Position numbers and translations under genes: made by a program. 64,000 bases of DNA from Candidatus Bathyarchaeia archaeon. Its GTDB lineage: Archaea > Thermoproteota > Bathyarchaeia > Bathyarchaeales > Bathycorpusculaceae. The notes beneath the pieces are model-generated. The model worked only from the letters and a program-made list of their open reading frames with translations. It did not search any database and was not told the origin of the DNA. Each line of letters opens with the position of its first letter. Position 1 is the first letter of the stretch. This document shows, piece after piece, positions 8,758 to 19,136 of this stretch. The stretch spans positions 448,001 to 512,000 of the forward strand of contig JAVYWL010000001.1 in assembly GCA_038727135.1 (NCBI GenBank), read 5' to 3'.

Positions 8758-10023
8758 CTACTCTTGCATTTTAAAGCGTAGAATGGCTGCTATTCCACCG
8801 AATGAATTTTTCAGCATCTGTCCCTCTTCAGTTTCTTCAGAGATTATTTCGACGTCTGTGTTTGTGTATTCGGCCAGTTGGGCGAAGTTTTCTATCAACT
8901 CCTGCTTTTCAACAATGCTTAATGATGGGGCTTTACATTTTGGGCATGGTTTCCCAACGAGGCTTTGCTCGAAACTTGTTAGCATGGGGCTTTTAACTGT
9001 ATGCTGCTCCTCATAACCGCATGCGCTGCACTTGACTTTCACACGCGCGATATCGAGACCTTCTGAAAGCAGCAAGGTCTTAACTGCGCCAGCTTCTAAG
9101 GCTTTTCTAACGGCTTCTTCCCCATAAGTGGCAAAACCAGTATCGTGACCAATTTCGTATAGGAACTGCTGCATTATTTGCCTCTCTTCTATGTAACGGA
9201 TTTTCCTCATAATCTCTGGCGCCTTGTCCACTATTTCCTTTACCCCTTGTTCGTCAACGTAAGCCGTGTCAACAGTGTCAATGATTTTCTCCTTCAGCTG
9301 GTAATTTAGGTAGTCGCCTTTCTCGAAGTCGTATTTAGTTGGTCCGGGCCCACCAATAATTATACCCTTCAAATTCTCTATGGGAAGGAAAACTTCGTTT
9401 GCATGTTCGCCTACACGCCTAAAATATTCTTGGAGGCGCATTTCCCTAAGTCTTTCAAACCTTCTGGCAGATTGCCCTCCAGCACGTGTCTTCCCCGGAA
9501 CACCAGAGGTCACTTCCCTAACTATTTCAAGTCTTCTACCTTGAAGAGTTGCAAGAGTCGCGGCTGTCGCGTCTATGAGGAGTATGCCATACGTCTCCTT
9601 TTCCCTTAAAAGCTCTTGCAAATGCTCTGTATGGAAACGAGAGTCGCATCTGTAAAGATATATATTTATGGGCTCCGGCGGTATAATCACATATGTCTCA
9701 ATTTTTTCGCTTCCGGCGCCATTTTGGGGAACCGCCCCACAAAATATTACAAGCCCGTTTTCTGGGGTTTCTTTGAAAAGTTTTAGGCGCTGCTGAACCT
9801 TTATAATGGCGTCTTGGACATTTTTGCGGGTTGTTGTGGATTTTATGTTCGAAGCGGTGCCGTATTCCTCTCTAAGCATGTTCATGACTTCGCTTATCTG
9901 CTTCCCTGGTGGAATGTAAAGCGAAATGAGCTCTGTTCCTCGTCCCTCTTTATTGGCTAGCGTGTTCAGTATCTTTTTTAACCGGAAGAGTTCGAGGGAC
10001 GTCCTTTTTTTAGGGGTGCTCAA
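8758..10023 (-). CDS. prf1: Peptide chain release factor aRF1 (likely TTG start at 10023)
   Basis: NIKS, YRCD and GGQS motifs; C-terminal CxxC..CxxC zinc minidomain. Confidence 0.96.
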   Translation of the reverse strand: MSTPKKRTSLELFRLKKILNTLANKEGRGTELISLYIPPGKQISEVMNMLREEYGTASNIKSTTTRKNVQDAIIKVQQRLKLFKETPENGLVIFCGAVPQNGAGSEKIETYVIIPPEPINIYLYRCDSRFHTEHLQELLREKETYGILLIDATAATLATLQGRRLEIVREVTSGVPGKTRAGGQSARRFERLREMRLQEYFRRVGEHANEVFLPIENLKGIIIGGPGPTKYDFEKGDYLNYQLKEKIIDTVDTAYVDEQGVKEIVDKAPEIMRKIRYIEERQIMQQFLYEIGHDTGFATYGEEAVRKALEAGAVKTLLLSEGLDIARVKVKCSACGYEEQHTVKSPMLTSFEQSLVGKPCPKCKAPSLSIVEKQELIENFAQLAEYTNTDVEIISEETEEGQMLKNSFGGIAAILRFKMQE

Positions 10024-10097
10024 ATTTTTCACACAAAGTTTAATGCCTATAAGGCTACATGGCAACGGGTCAAATAAAAATATTGGACAAATAAAGG

Positions 10098-11078
10098 TTA
10101 GGACAAGCCTAAAACTTCTCTCAGAAAAGCCTTATATGGTCCAAGTTTTCCGCCGTAGTTGCCAGCGGAGATTCGCAGAACGCCGGGAACATTTATGGCT
10201 GCTTTTATGCCTTCACCCATAGCCTTCTTGACAGCCTCAACTGTCAAGCCGTTAATGACTATTTCATAGACGGCGTTGACATCTTCTGGCAGCTGAGAGT
10301 CTTCCACAACTTTCTTCAGTGTTGGACAGAAGGGATGGTTTGTTGAAGCCTTAAGCTTATATTTTAAGGAGCCAGCCTTAGAGCCAGATCGACAAACTCC
10401 ACCTGGAAAAGGCATTATAACTCCGCTTGCGCCATTTTTTATTGCCTTTACGGCCCCTTCTGCGGCTTGCAGTCCCGAGTTTTTGTCCTTTGCCAGTATG
10501 AGAAAGTTTCCACCGGCTACAGCCTCCACAACACCAAAAGAGTCTTCTACTATGAATTCACCTTCCATAACTGGGATTCTCCAAACCTTCCTGCCACCAA
10601 TGATGCCTTTCTTTTGGAAGCCATCGCCAAAATAGCGGAGACTACGCCCGACTTTAACCCTTCTTTTCGCTTCTGGCAAAGCGTCGAAAGCCGCCGTTGT
10701 CGGGCAAGTCATTATGCACTGTCCAATACGTAAAACCATCTGATTCTTCAGGTCGAAACGGTTCCGGTTGTAGATTTGGATTAAAACACCTACTCGTCCA
10801 TCCGGAGTTTTTTCTTTGGGAACGATTCCTTCAACTCCAGCCTCAGCGGGAGCCATAATGACACTTGTGGCAAAACCAGTTGCCACTTCAGCGGCGGTTA
10901 AAGCCCATTTTTCGCTGTCCGCCGTAATAAGCATTCTTCCAGCCCACAAAGGAAACATCTCGGCGAAAGTATCGGCAATTTTTACAATGTATCCGGCTGA
11001 AGATTTCACTATGAAGCATGGTCCAAACTTATCTTTCTCGTCGTAACCAGCCACTTCGATTTTTGTCATACTTTGCAT
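10098..11078 (-). CDS. ftr: Formylmethanofuran--tetrahydromethanopterin N-formyltransferase
   Basis: DTFAEMF, TPDGR, RIGQC..CPTT, GGNF, PFPGG.CRSGSK, SAGNYGGKLG. Confidence 0.95.
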   Translation of the reverse strand: MQSMTKIEVAGYDEKDKFGPCFIVKSSAGYIVKIADTFAEMFPLWAGRMLITADSEKWALTAAEVATGFATSVIMAPAEAGVEGIVPKEKTPDGRVGVLIQIYNRNRFDLKNQMVLRIGQCIMTCPTTAAFDALPEAKRRVKVGRSLRYFGDGFQKKGIIGGRKVWRIPVMEGEFIVEDSFGVVEAVAGGNFLILAKDKNSGLQAAEGAVKAIKNGASGVIMPFPGGVCRSGSKAGSLKYKLKASTNHPFCPTLKKVVEDSQLPEDVNAVYEIVINGLTVEAVKKAMGEGIKAAINVPGVLRISAGNYGGKLGPYKAFLREVLGLS

Positions 11079-11168
11079 TGTTTCAGCCCAGCCTTGTGGA
11101 TATTTTAAAATTTAATTTTAAGGCTTTTCACTTTCATGAACAGTTTTAACATGTTAATATCGATTTCC

Positions 11169-12134
11169 TTAGGGAAGCCAATGTGGCTCTGATGAAGTTT
11201 TGCCTTTTACGCTCTCCAGCTTTTTGGTAACAGCTTCTTTGGCTATTTGGTAGGCGATCTTATAGTCAAAGATGCCCTTCGGCTCTTCTGCAGCCATCTT
11301 AATCATTTTGGCTTCTATCACACTTTTTAGGACTCCTATAGCAAGGGCGCCTATGCCAAAAACGTTTGGAATTATTTCTTTCATATCCCATGTAGGTTTT
11401 AAGCCTTCAACACCTAAAGGTGGAATAGCGTTAATGTCAGCTACAATTTTGCAGTTCTTTCCATACTCCTTAAGCGTATTCAATGGTAGAAGCTGAATGC
11501 CAGCAGCCCCAGCCGCCAGAACTATCTCGGCATCTTTTATAGCCGCCCCAATTTCTTCTGGAGTTTTGGCTTCAACCCCTTTTGCTCTTTCCTCTTTAAA
11601 TTCTTCGTTTATTTTTTCCGCCACCGCTGTAGACCTCTTGAGGTCTCTTGACGTGACGATAACTTTCGCCTTCTCAGAAGCATAAAGCCTTGCGGCGGTT
11701 TGCCCCACTGGCCCGGTTCCAGCCAAGACTGTTACTTTTTTTCCTTCAAGGCTTCCGAAGCCCTTAACCATAGAGGCTTCAAGGGTTTTTGCAACAGCGG
11801 CTGAAGCTGTTGTGTAGGCGCCCCTTGGGTCTATTACTACGCTGAGTTCGAAAGGCGGAAACATGCACTTCTTTATTCTCTCTAAAATCTCGTTTGTCAG
11901 CTCAAAGTTGCGTCCGTTAATGAAAATCTTGGTGTGTTTTGTGCCTTCGGGACCACGAGGGAACATGGCGTCATAGACAAGTCTTTCAGCATCTTCCACC
12001 GTGACATTTTCATATTTTAAAATAGCGGCTTCCGGTAGAACATCTATTGTTGCCAAAATATCAAATGGACTCGCGTGCTTATCAGTGTCTAGAAAAATGA
12101 AAACTGTTTTGAACTGTTTTGCCAAAGCCTTCAA
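11169..12134 (-). CDS. NAD(P)-dependent methylene-tetrahydromethanopterin dehydrogenase (MtdA/MtdB family)
   Basis: DTDKHASPFD, PPFELSV..DPRGAYTTA, VLAGTGPVG, ADINAIPPLG, GALAIG.LK, all matching methylotroph MtdA/B. Confidence 0.88.
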   Translation of the reverse strand: MKALAKQFKTVFIFLDTDKHASPFDILATIDVLPEAAILKYENVTVEDAERLVYDAMFPRGPEGTKHTKIFINGRNFELTNEILERIKKCMFPPFELSVVIDPRGAYTTASAAVAKTLEASMVKGFGSLEGKKVTVLAGTGPVGQTAARLYASEKAKVIVTSRDLKRSTAVAEKINEEFKEERAKGVEAKTPEEIGAAIKDAEIVLAAGAAGIQLLPLNTLKEYGKNCKIVADINAIPPLGVEGLKPTWDMKEIIPNVFGIGALAIGVLKSVIEAKMIKMAAEEPKGIFDYKIAYQIAKEAVTKKLESVKGKTSSEPHWLP

Positions 12135-12267
12135 CCTCGCCCCTTGTCTAATGCGGCCTAAACGTTTAAAAATTGCTGTTACAAAACAGTTTCTTTAAAC
12201 ATAAGAGAACACATCTGGAATACTTTAAATATTGAAAATGATTATGAAGTTCTAGAGGTAGGAAGAG

Positions 12268-12483
12268 ATGACAGAAGTCGTCGAAAAAGGTTTAAGGAAA
12301 ATTGGGATAACAGTTTCTAAACCAGTTTTAGCCATTATATGCATAGTTTTTGGCATAATAGTGATAGCGTGGAAGGAGTTCCTAAACATAATAGTTGGCA
12401 TATTTCTGATAATCGAGGGCGTCTTAATGATAACAGAATATCTGGAACTTAAAAGACAGCAACCGCCTCCCCCACCAACATAA
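12268..12483 (+). CDS. Small two-TM membrane protein with poly-Pro tail
   Basis: Own TATA and GAGG SD; two hydrophobic helices. Confidence 0.7.
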   Translation: MTEVVEKGLRKIGITVSKPVLAIICIVFGIIVIAWKEFLNIIVGIFLIIEGVLMITEYLELKRQQPPPPPT

Positions 12484-12501
12484 ATTTACTCTTCCCATTT
12501 T

Positions 12502-13755
12502 TTGGCTCTTCCGTTTCTGCAAAGTGGAGCAAGCTTGCCGTTGACAATCACAAAAATACGGAACTTCTTGGTTATAGGCATAGACACAACTTTTATTGCC
12601 GCTTCTGCAAAAAGCGCCGGATACAACGTTTACGCCGTTGACTATTTCGACGACGTTGACCTACAATGGACTTGCGACGATTACGAGTCCGCAATAAAGC
12701 ATCGCAAAAGCGAAGGTGACGGAGATAAGAGCGCCTTTTTTAACCCACAAGTTCTCTTTAAACTGGCAAAAAATTTTGTGAAAAAGCATAATATAGATGC
12801 AATTTTGCTCTCCTCAGGTCTTGACGACCAGTTCGACATCCTTTACGAGCTGAATCGCATAGCCCCAATATTGGGGAATTCGCCCAACGTTATTAGAAAA
12901 GTTCGCGAAAAGCAGAGATTCTTTAAAGAACTCAAGGCGCTAGGCATTCCCCATCCTGAAACAGTCGTTGTTAAAAGCTTTTTGAAAGCGAAGGAAGCCG
13001 CCGCCAAGATTGGGTACCCTATCGTCATTAAACCAACCAGTGGCTTTGGAGGAATAGGAATAAAAGTTGCATCGAATTTTTCAGAACTATCGGAAGCTTT
13101 GTCATCAGCGTTTAAAACGGCTGGCAGAGTTGTCGTCCAAAAACTGATTAGAGGCTTTCATGCAAGCATATCCCTTTTGGCTAATAAAAAAGAGGTTAAG
13201 ATTTTGTCCATAAATGAGCAACTGTTAGGGTTGCCATCGGTTTTTCAAGAGGAGCCTTTTGGCTATTGCGGTAATATCGTGCCTCTTCAAACAACCGAGT
13301 CACTTTTAGCAAAATGTCAATTTATAGCTGAAAAAATCGCCTTGCACTTTGGTCTTATAGGTTCGAATGGCATTGACATTGTCATTTCAGAAGATGGAAC
13401 ACCTTATGTGATAGAGGTGAATCCGCGGTTTCAGGGAACTTTGGGCTGCATGGAGAGAGTTTTAGGAATAAATCTCGTCGATGCCCATGTCAAAGCTTGC
13501 CTACATAATGAACTGCCAACAGTAAAGCCGCCCTTAAATTTTTGCACACGCCTCGTCTTGTATGCTCCTAAGCGCGCCGTGGTTCCAGACCTTACAACAA
13601 TAAAAGAGGCGCGGAATATTCCTCCTCCTCAAAGCAAAATTGAAAAGGGAGAACCTTTATGCTCAGTTTTGGCTGAAGGGGAAAGCCGAGAAACATCCTT
13701 GCAAAAGGCCAGCGACCTAGCCAAGGCGATTTACAGTAAGTTACAGCCACTTTAA
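12502..13755 (+). CDS. ATP-grasp protein (COG2232-like, type associated with H4MPT/methanofuran clusters); start uncertain
   Basis: VDYFDDVD, KPTSGFGG, GSNGID, IEVNPRFQG. Confidence 0.85.
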   Translation: MALPFLQSGASLPLTITKIRNFLVIGIDTTFIAASAKSAGYNVYAVDYFDDVDLQWTCDDYESAIKHRKSEGDGDKSAFFNPQVLFKLAKNFVKKHNIDAILLSSGLDDQFDILYELNRIAPILGNSPNVIRKVREKQRFFKELKALGIPHPETVVVKSFLKAKEAAAKIGYPIVIKPTSGFGGIGIKVASNFSELSEALSSAFKTAGRVVVQKLIRGFHASISLLANKKEVKILSINEQLLGLPSVFQEEPFGYCGNIVPLQTTESLLAKCQFIAEKIALHFGLIGSNGIDIVISEDGTPYVIEVNPRFQGTLGCMERVLGINLVDAHVKACLHNELPTVKPPLNFCTRLVLYAPKRAVVPDLTTIKEARNIPPPQSKIEKGEPLCSVLAEGESRETSLQKASDLAKAIYSKLQPL

Positions 13756-14477
13756 ACGGGTAATTTCAATTTACGTGTGGCATTAATTATTGATGGACCT
13801 ACTATGGATGTTATAACAGCGGACAAACCCACTTTTATTGGAGTTTCAACAGCCCCCAGCGCCCATATGGCTTGAAGCCCTCTGACTTCGATGCCGTAAA
13901 ATAAATTATAGGTTTGGCATGGCACAAAAATGAAGATGCGGAAGAGAACATCAGCCTCTAAGCCGATAAACACGCTTAAGGCGAGAATATAAATTAAACG
14001 TTTTTTGGAGTAGGTATCCCACAAACTTTTCCATTTTGACGTAACAACTGCCAAAAAGATTAAAGTGGCAAAGGCTAGGTAGACGTCCCACATCCCCCAA
14101 AATGGAAGTTGCCAAGAAACTGGCGCCGCGAAAAAGCCTCCCAAAAGGGCTAGGTAATATGTTAAAACTATGCCCCATCTTTTCCTAAAAGCAAATGCTG
14201 AAATCATAGCTCCAAGGGGAGCCCCAAGGGTGAAAAGAAACTCGTATACATCAATGTAATTTATGAAGTGCCCAATCATGACTCCGATGATGGTTGAAAG
14301 GAAGCCGGCCCATGGCCCAAGCAATATTCCAGTTATCGACTCAGATATGAAAATCCAGCTTAACCAGACTCCAGAATAGGGTAAAATTGGTGGAACGGCC
14401 AGTGAGTCGCAAATTATATTGAAGGCGGCGCATACAGAAATCAACGCGATGAAAGTTGACTTTTCAAGCTTTCCCAA
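13752..14477 (-). CDS. Membrane protein, ECF S-component-like, substrate unknown
   Basis: 6-7 TM; GILLGPWAGFLSTIIG pattern typical of S components. Confidence 0.55.
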   Translation of the reverse strand: MGKLEKSTFIALISVCAAFNIICDSLAVPPILPYSGVWLSWIFISESITGILLGPWAGFLSTIIGVMIGHFINYIDVYEFLFTLGAPLGAMISAFAFRKRWGIVLTYYLALLGGFFAAPVSWQLPFWGMWDVYLAFATLIFLAVVTSKWKSLWDTYSKKRLIYILALSVFIGLEADVLFRIFIFVPCQTYNLFYGIEVRGLQAIWALGAVETPIKVGLSAVITSIVGPSIINATRKLKLPV

Positions 14478-14541
14478 TTGAATTCCTTCATCGTCTTATT
14501 TTCTCCAACTAAAACATACCCGCATTTAATAATTTTCAACT

Positions 14542-15159
14542 TCAGCCTAGAAAAAGTTGGATGAGGAATATGATTAGCGCTGTTAATGCACCTACAGTTA
14601 ACATTGCTATTCCGTAGAGCCATCTGTTCTCCTTTGCTATTTTGCCCAAGTATATGCCTAAAAGGAAAAGAACCGTCAAAGAAAGTGGTGTTGAAGCAAT
14701 GTAAGCGTTAAATATGGAGATTATCCTCATGGATGCCAGAATAAAAGGTGTTAGCGAGATTATGGCTGTTAAGGCTGGCGATAATCCATCTATTAACGCT
14801 ACATAGAAAACCACGAAGCGTGCCGCTTCATAATGCACTGAATCAACATGGTTTCTTGTTTTTTCCTCCATTTCCTTTAAGTGACGTTCTCTTTCGGCTT
14901 TTTCAGCCATAAAAGCCCCGAAAAAACCGGAAACTCCCATGGCAAGGCATGCTCCAAATCCGGCTAGCAGAATAACTTCTGGCTTTGCAACTCCAGCCAT
15001 CCATGAGCCTAAAACTATGCCGAAGATTGTCATGGCGCCGTCAAAACCGTTCATTACAAAGTATCTTCTAGCCAATCCACTTGCCTTGGTTACATGGAGG
15101 TAAATCCTAGCTTTCCTAAAGAGCTTTTTAAGAGAACTACCCAACTGTTGACTTTTCAC
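14542..15159 (-). CDS. VIT1/CCC1 family transporter (TIGR00267-like)
   Basis: RRYFVMNGFDG, AMGVSG..GAFMAEKAE. Confidence 0.85.
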   Translation of the reverse strand: MKSQQLGSSLKKLFRKARIYLHVTKASGLARRYFVMNGFDGAMTIFGIVLGSWMAGVAKPEVILLAGFGACLAMGVSGFFGAFMAEKAERERHLKEMEEKTRNHVDSVHYEAARFVVFYVALIDGLSPALTAIISLTPFILASMRIISIFNAYIASTPLSLTVLFLLGIYLGKIAKENRWLYGIAMLTVGALTALIIFLIQLFLG

Positions 15160-15269
15160 CCTTTAAGGCGGATAGTTAAAGCCCATGTTTCAAACACGGT
15201 TTTAATACCACAACTGTTTAATATAAAGCTTTAGAATTCTCACTCAACTCTTTAAAAGGAGGAAAAAAT

Positions 15270-16313
15270 GTGACCCTTGCAGAAACTTTGGAAAAACTCT
15301 CAAACGCTTGCGGAGTAGCCGGGAGAGAGGAAGAAGTCAGAAAACTCATGAAAAACATGCTAAAGCCCTATGTGGACGAAGTTAAGGAAGACAAGCTTGG
15401 AAATGTTATAGGCGTTAAAAAGGGCAAAAAAGACGCGCCTAAGGTTATGCTAGCAGCTCATATGGACGAAATCGGACTGTTTGTCAAGACTATTTCAAAA
15501 GAGGGATTTCTCCAATTCACAAAAATCGGCGGCATAGACGATCGAATACTACTCGCCCAAAAAGTGATAGTCCACACGGAAAAAGGTCCCTTGCATGGAA
15601 TAATCGGCTCTAAGCCTCACCACATACAAAAGGAGGAGGAACGCAAAAAGGTCATGACCTACGACGAACTTTTCATAGACATCGGGGCGGAAAACCAGGA
15701 AGAAGCCAAAAAGATGGGCGTAAAAATCGGAGACCCTGTAAGCTTTGACATAAAATTCGCCAAAATGAGCGACGACATAGTTATCGGAAAAGCCTTCGAC
15801 GACCGAGTCGGCTGCGCAGTAATGGTTGAAGCAATGAAACAGCTCAAAGAGGCAGAATGCACAGTTTACGCTGTTGGAACAGTGCAAGAAGAGGTAGGCT
15901 TAAGAGGGGCAACAACAGCGGCATTTGGCATATACCCCGACGTGGGCATAGCCCTAGACGTTACCATAGCCGGCGACGTCCCAGGCGTAAAAGAGGTGGA
16001 AGCTCCGGTAAAGCTTCGGAAAGGTCCATCAATAACCGTTGCTGACTACGGGCTTATAACCCATCCAAAAGTTTTGCGGTTACTGGTTGACGTGGCAGAG
16101 GAAAACAAGATTCCATACCAACTTGAAACTGGTTTACAAGGCTCAACAGACGCTGCCCGCATATCCCTAACAAGGGAAGGAGTCCCTAGTGGCGTCATAT
16201 CGGTCCCGACACGCTACATTCACAGTCCGGCATCCCTATTAAGCCTAAAGGATGCTGAAAATGCCGTCAAGCTAACAGTGGCAGCCATCCAAAAAATTCC
16301 AAAATGCTTCTAA
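15270..16313 (+). CDS. M42 family (TET) aminopeptidase
   Basis: AAHMDEIG, KAFDDR, VQEEVGLRGA, RYIHS. Confidence 0.93.
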   Translation: MTLAETLEKLSNACGVAGREEEVRKLMKNMLKPYVDEVKEDKLGNVIGVKKGKKDAPKVMLAAHMDEIGLFVKTISKEGFLQFTKIGGIDDRILLAQKVIVHTEKGPLHGIIGSKPHHIQKEEERKKVMTYDELFIDIGAENQEEAKKMGVKIGDPVSFDIKFAKMSDDIVIGKAFDDRVGCAVMVEAMKQLKEAECTVYAVGTVQEEVGLRGATTAAFGIYPDVGIALDVTIAGDVPGVKEVEAPVKLRKGPSITVADYGLITHPKVLRLLVDVAEENKIPYQLETGLQGSTDAARISLTREGVPSGVISVPTRYIHSPASLLSLKDAENAVKLTVAAIQKIPKCF

Positions 16314-16400
16314 ACTTCTTCATAAAATCGCCAATCCCCTTCATTTGTTGAACATAAAACAATTTAAAATCACAAGGCTTCTACTAATATCGACAAGGCT

Positions 16401-16838
16401 ATGCCAAGGAAAAGAAACTTTGAGTTTCTTGAACATATGGCAGACGCGTATATCGCTGCCTACGGAAGAGACCTAGCTGAAGCTTTTGAAAACGCTGCCG
16501 CCGCCATGTTTGAGGTGATGACAGACATTGAGAAGGTAAACTCTGAAAACGAGGATTATGTTGAAGTTGAAGCGGCAGATGAGCATGCCCTACTTTATAA
16601 CTGGCTTGAAGAACTCCTTGTTAAATCAGAGATCAACGAAATGCTATATTCAAAATTCAAAATATTTGAGATAGCCAAAACGGCAGATGGTTTTAGGCTC
16701 AAAGCCAAAATATGGGGTGAGAAGTTTAACCCAGAAAAGCACCCTCAGAAGGTTGGCGTCAAAGCTGTCACATACCATCAAATGGAGATAATTCGGGAGC
16801 CAGATAAGACAATTGTGAAGTTCATACTTGACATTTAA
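16401..16838 (+). CDS. Archease
   Basis: EH(M)AD, VKAVTYH, C-terminal LDI. Confidence 0.93.
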   Translation: MPRKRNFEFLEHMADAYIAAYGRDLAEAFENAAAAMFEVMTDIEKVNSENEDYVEVEAADEHALLYNWLEELLVKSEINEMLYSKFKIFEIAKTADGFRLKAKIWGEKFNPEKHPQKVGVKAVTYHQMEIIREPDKTIVKFILDI

Positions 16839-17491
16839 GCTAGACCCAGCCTCTTCAATCCTTTTAAAATCTCTTGGACTATAACTTCTGGCGGTGTTTC
16901 TAGTTTTTCGCATTTAACTTCCACAAACGGAACCCTTTTCTCTCTATAATAGTCTAGTAGGGGCTGTGTTTGCTTTTCATAAACCTCTATACGCTGTTTA
17001 ACAACTTCGGGCTTGTCGTCTGAACGCTGATATAATGGTCCGCCACAGTGGTCGCAAACCATGTCGTTTTTTGGCTTTAAGAAGAGTAGGTTGTAGATAG
17101 CTCCACAGTTTTTGCATATCCTCCTTGAGGACAAACGTTCAATAATTATCCAGTCAGGCACTATGAGGTGTATTATTGCGTCTATTTTGGCTATTTCGCC
17201 AAGAGCCTTGGCTTGCTCAGTTGTTCTAGGATAGCCATCTAAAATGAAGCCTTTGCTCTTTGGAATCTTAGCCAAGTTCTCCTTTAAAACTTCAAAGGTT
17301 ATGTCATCTGGGACAAGCAAGCCCTTCTCAACATAAGCTTTCACTTTTCTTCCTAACGGCGTATCCTCTTTTATCATTTCCCGAAATATGTCGCCGGTGG
17401 CTATGACTGCAACGTTAAGTACATCTTTTAACCTTGAGGCATACGTCCCTTTCCCTGATCCCGGCGCGCCAAAGATTATTAGATTGACCAT
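16835..17491 (-). CDS. adk: Adenylate kinase (long type, zinc LID)
   Basis: GAPGSGKGT, LDGYPR, CxxC..CxxC LID, QRSDD. Confidence 0.95.
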   Translation of the reverse strand: MVNLIIFGAPGSGKGTYASRLKDVLNVAVIATGDIFREMIKEDTPLGRKVKAYVEKGLLVPDDITFEVLKENLAKIPKSKGFILDGYPRTTEQAKALGEIAKIDAIIHLIVPDWIIIERLSSRRICKNCGAIYNLLFLKPKNDMVCDHCGGPLYQRSDDKPEVVKQRIEVYEKQTQPLLDYYREKRVPFVEVKCEKLETPPEVIVQEILKGLKRLGLA

Positions 17492-17575
17492 CGCTTAACC
17501 GTATCCTTTTTAGTAGTCTTGTAAGATATTAGAATAGAATTAAAAATATTTGCTATGACCAGCGTCCCAATTGGG

Positions 17576-18052
17576 TTAACGGATGAGGAAAGATATCTCT
17601 TTAACAAGCGTTTCCGGGATTACTGCTTTACCCTTCTTTTTGCTTAGCTTAACGAAACCCATTTTTCTGAGAACCTGCAAGTCCTGATAGACATTTTTCA
17701 CGTTGCGCCTCAATTTTTTAGCCAAATCGCTTATTGATTCCACTCTTAAAGTTGCCAACTGACAAAGTAGTTCCATCCTTTTTGGCGTGAGAGTCGCCAC
17801 TTGGTCTAGTTTAAGCTCTTTCACTTCCTCAACGGCATAGTCTAAGGTTCCCTCTTCTAAATATCCTTTATAACTGTCTATGAGTTCAGCCCACTCAAAA
17901 AAGGCTCTGGCAAATTTTGTGTTAAGCCTTCCTTTGAGGAATAATTCTTCAAACTTTTCAAAACTCATTCCAAACTCATGTTCGAAATTCTTAACTCTTT
18001 CAGCAACCTCTTCTGGTGTTAAGTTTCGAACAATCCTGATAAGCATAAACAA
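17576..18052 (-). CDS. Putative HTH regulator/antitoxin-like protein (C-terminal wHTH)
   Basis: LTPKRMELL..SISDLAKKLRRNVKNVYQDLQVL. Confidence 0.7.
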   Translation of the reverse strand: MFMLIRIVRNLTPEEVAERVKNFEHEFGMSFEKFEELFLKGRLNTKFARAFFEWAELIDSYKGYLEEGTLDYAVEEVKELKLDQVATLTPKRMELLCQLATLRVESISDLAKKLRRNVKNVYQDLQVLRKMGFVKLSKKKGKAVIPETLVKEISFLIR

Positions 18053-18153
18053 TCATCGAAAGATAGAGTGTTTGCTTTCTTAAATTTTCACGCAAAACGT
18101 TTAAGGAGCACAGCAAAGCTTTAAACTTCACTAATAAAGGGATGTAGAAAAGA

Positions 18154-19071
18154 ATGAGTGTATCAAAGATAGACGAGCATATATTCATGATTGACGTTGC
18201 AGTAGCCGGGATACGACATTTTATTGCAAGCTATGTCTTGATAGGTGAAAAAATAGCCATAATCGAGACCGGCCCTACGTCTTCAATCCAAAATCTTGTT
18301 CGCAGCTTAACAAGTTTAGGCATAAAACCCGATAACGTTTCCTACATTGCCGTTTCACACGTTCACCTAGATCATGGTGGAGGCGTTGGCACTCTTGTGA
18401 AGCATTTTCCAAAAGCAAAGGTCATTGTCCATGAAAGGGGGGTGCCACACCTCGCAAATCCTGAAAAGCTTTGGCAACAGTCACAAATGGTCCTTGGAGA
18501 GTTGGCTGAAGTTTATGGGGAACCAGAACCAGTTCCAGCTGACCAAATAATTGCCGCAAAAGATGGCATGACTTTTGAGATTGGGAAAGGCATAGCACTG
18601 CAAGTTGTGGAAACACTCGGGCACGCCTCCCACCATTTAAGCTATTACGAGACGCAAAGCAATGGCATATTCGTGGGAGACGCTGCCGGAATTTATTTGA
18701 ATGATATAGACGTTATAGTTCCAACAACACCTTCGCCTTTCAGATTGGACTTGGCCCTGGCATCCCTGAAAAAGTTGGCGGATCTGGGACCTTCAGTTCT
18801 ATACTACACGCATTTTGGCAAAACGAAAAACGCTACGGAAAAACTCCACATGTATGCTGGGCAGCTTAGGCTTTGGGCTAACATTGCAAAACAATTATTG
18901 GATAAAGGTGAAGATTTAGAAAAAATTAGCCATAAAATTGCAGAAAATGATGGAGCCGTTAAAAAGGCTTTAGAGTATATTAAAGTGCACAGAGTTTTAG
19001 GTGAAACAGTTCTTAAAACAAGCGTTTTAGGCGTAGTGGAGTTTGTAAAGAATTTTGGGCTTCCATTTTAG
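18154..19071 (+). CDS. MBL-fold metallo-hydrolase
   Basis: HVHLDH, GHASHH, GDAAG, THFG. Confidence 0.9.
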   Translation: MSVSKIDEHIFMIDVAVAGIRHFIASYVLIGEKIAIIETGPTSSIQNLVRSLTSLGIKPDNVSYIAVSHVHLDHGGGVGTLVKHFPKAKVIVHERGVPHLANPEKLWQQSQMVLGELAEVYGEPEPVPADQIIAAKDGMTFEIGKGIALQVVETLGHASHHLSYYETQSNGIFVGDAAGIYLNDIDVIVPTTPSPFRLDLALASLKKLADLGPSVLYYTHFGKTKNATEKLHMYAGQLRLWANIAKQLLDKGEDLEKISHKIAENDGAVKKALEYIKVHRVLGETVLKTSVLGVVEFVKNFGLPF

Positions 19072-19136
19072 TTATTGGTTTATACGCCAAAATACTTTAT
19101 ATTTAGCGCTTGCTTGAGAGAGGCTTAGGTGAAATT

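Noticed and set aside
11105-11157. Palindromes TTAAAATT-T-AATTTTAA and TTAACATGTTAA upstream of ftr
   Set aside because: AT-rich, low complexity and overlapping the TATA region; plausible by chance
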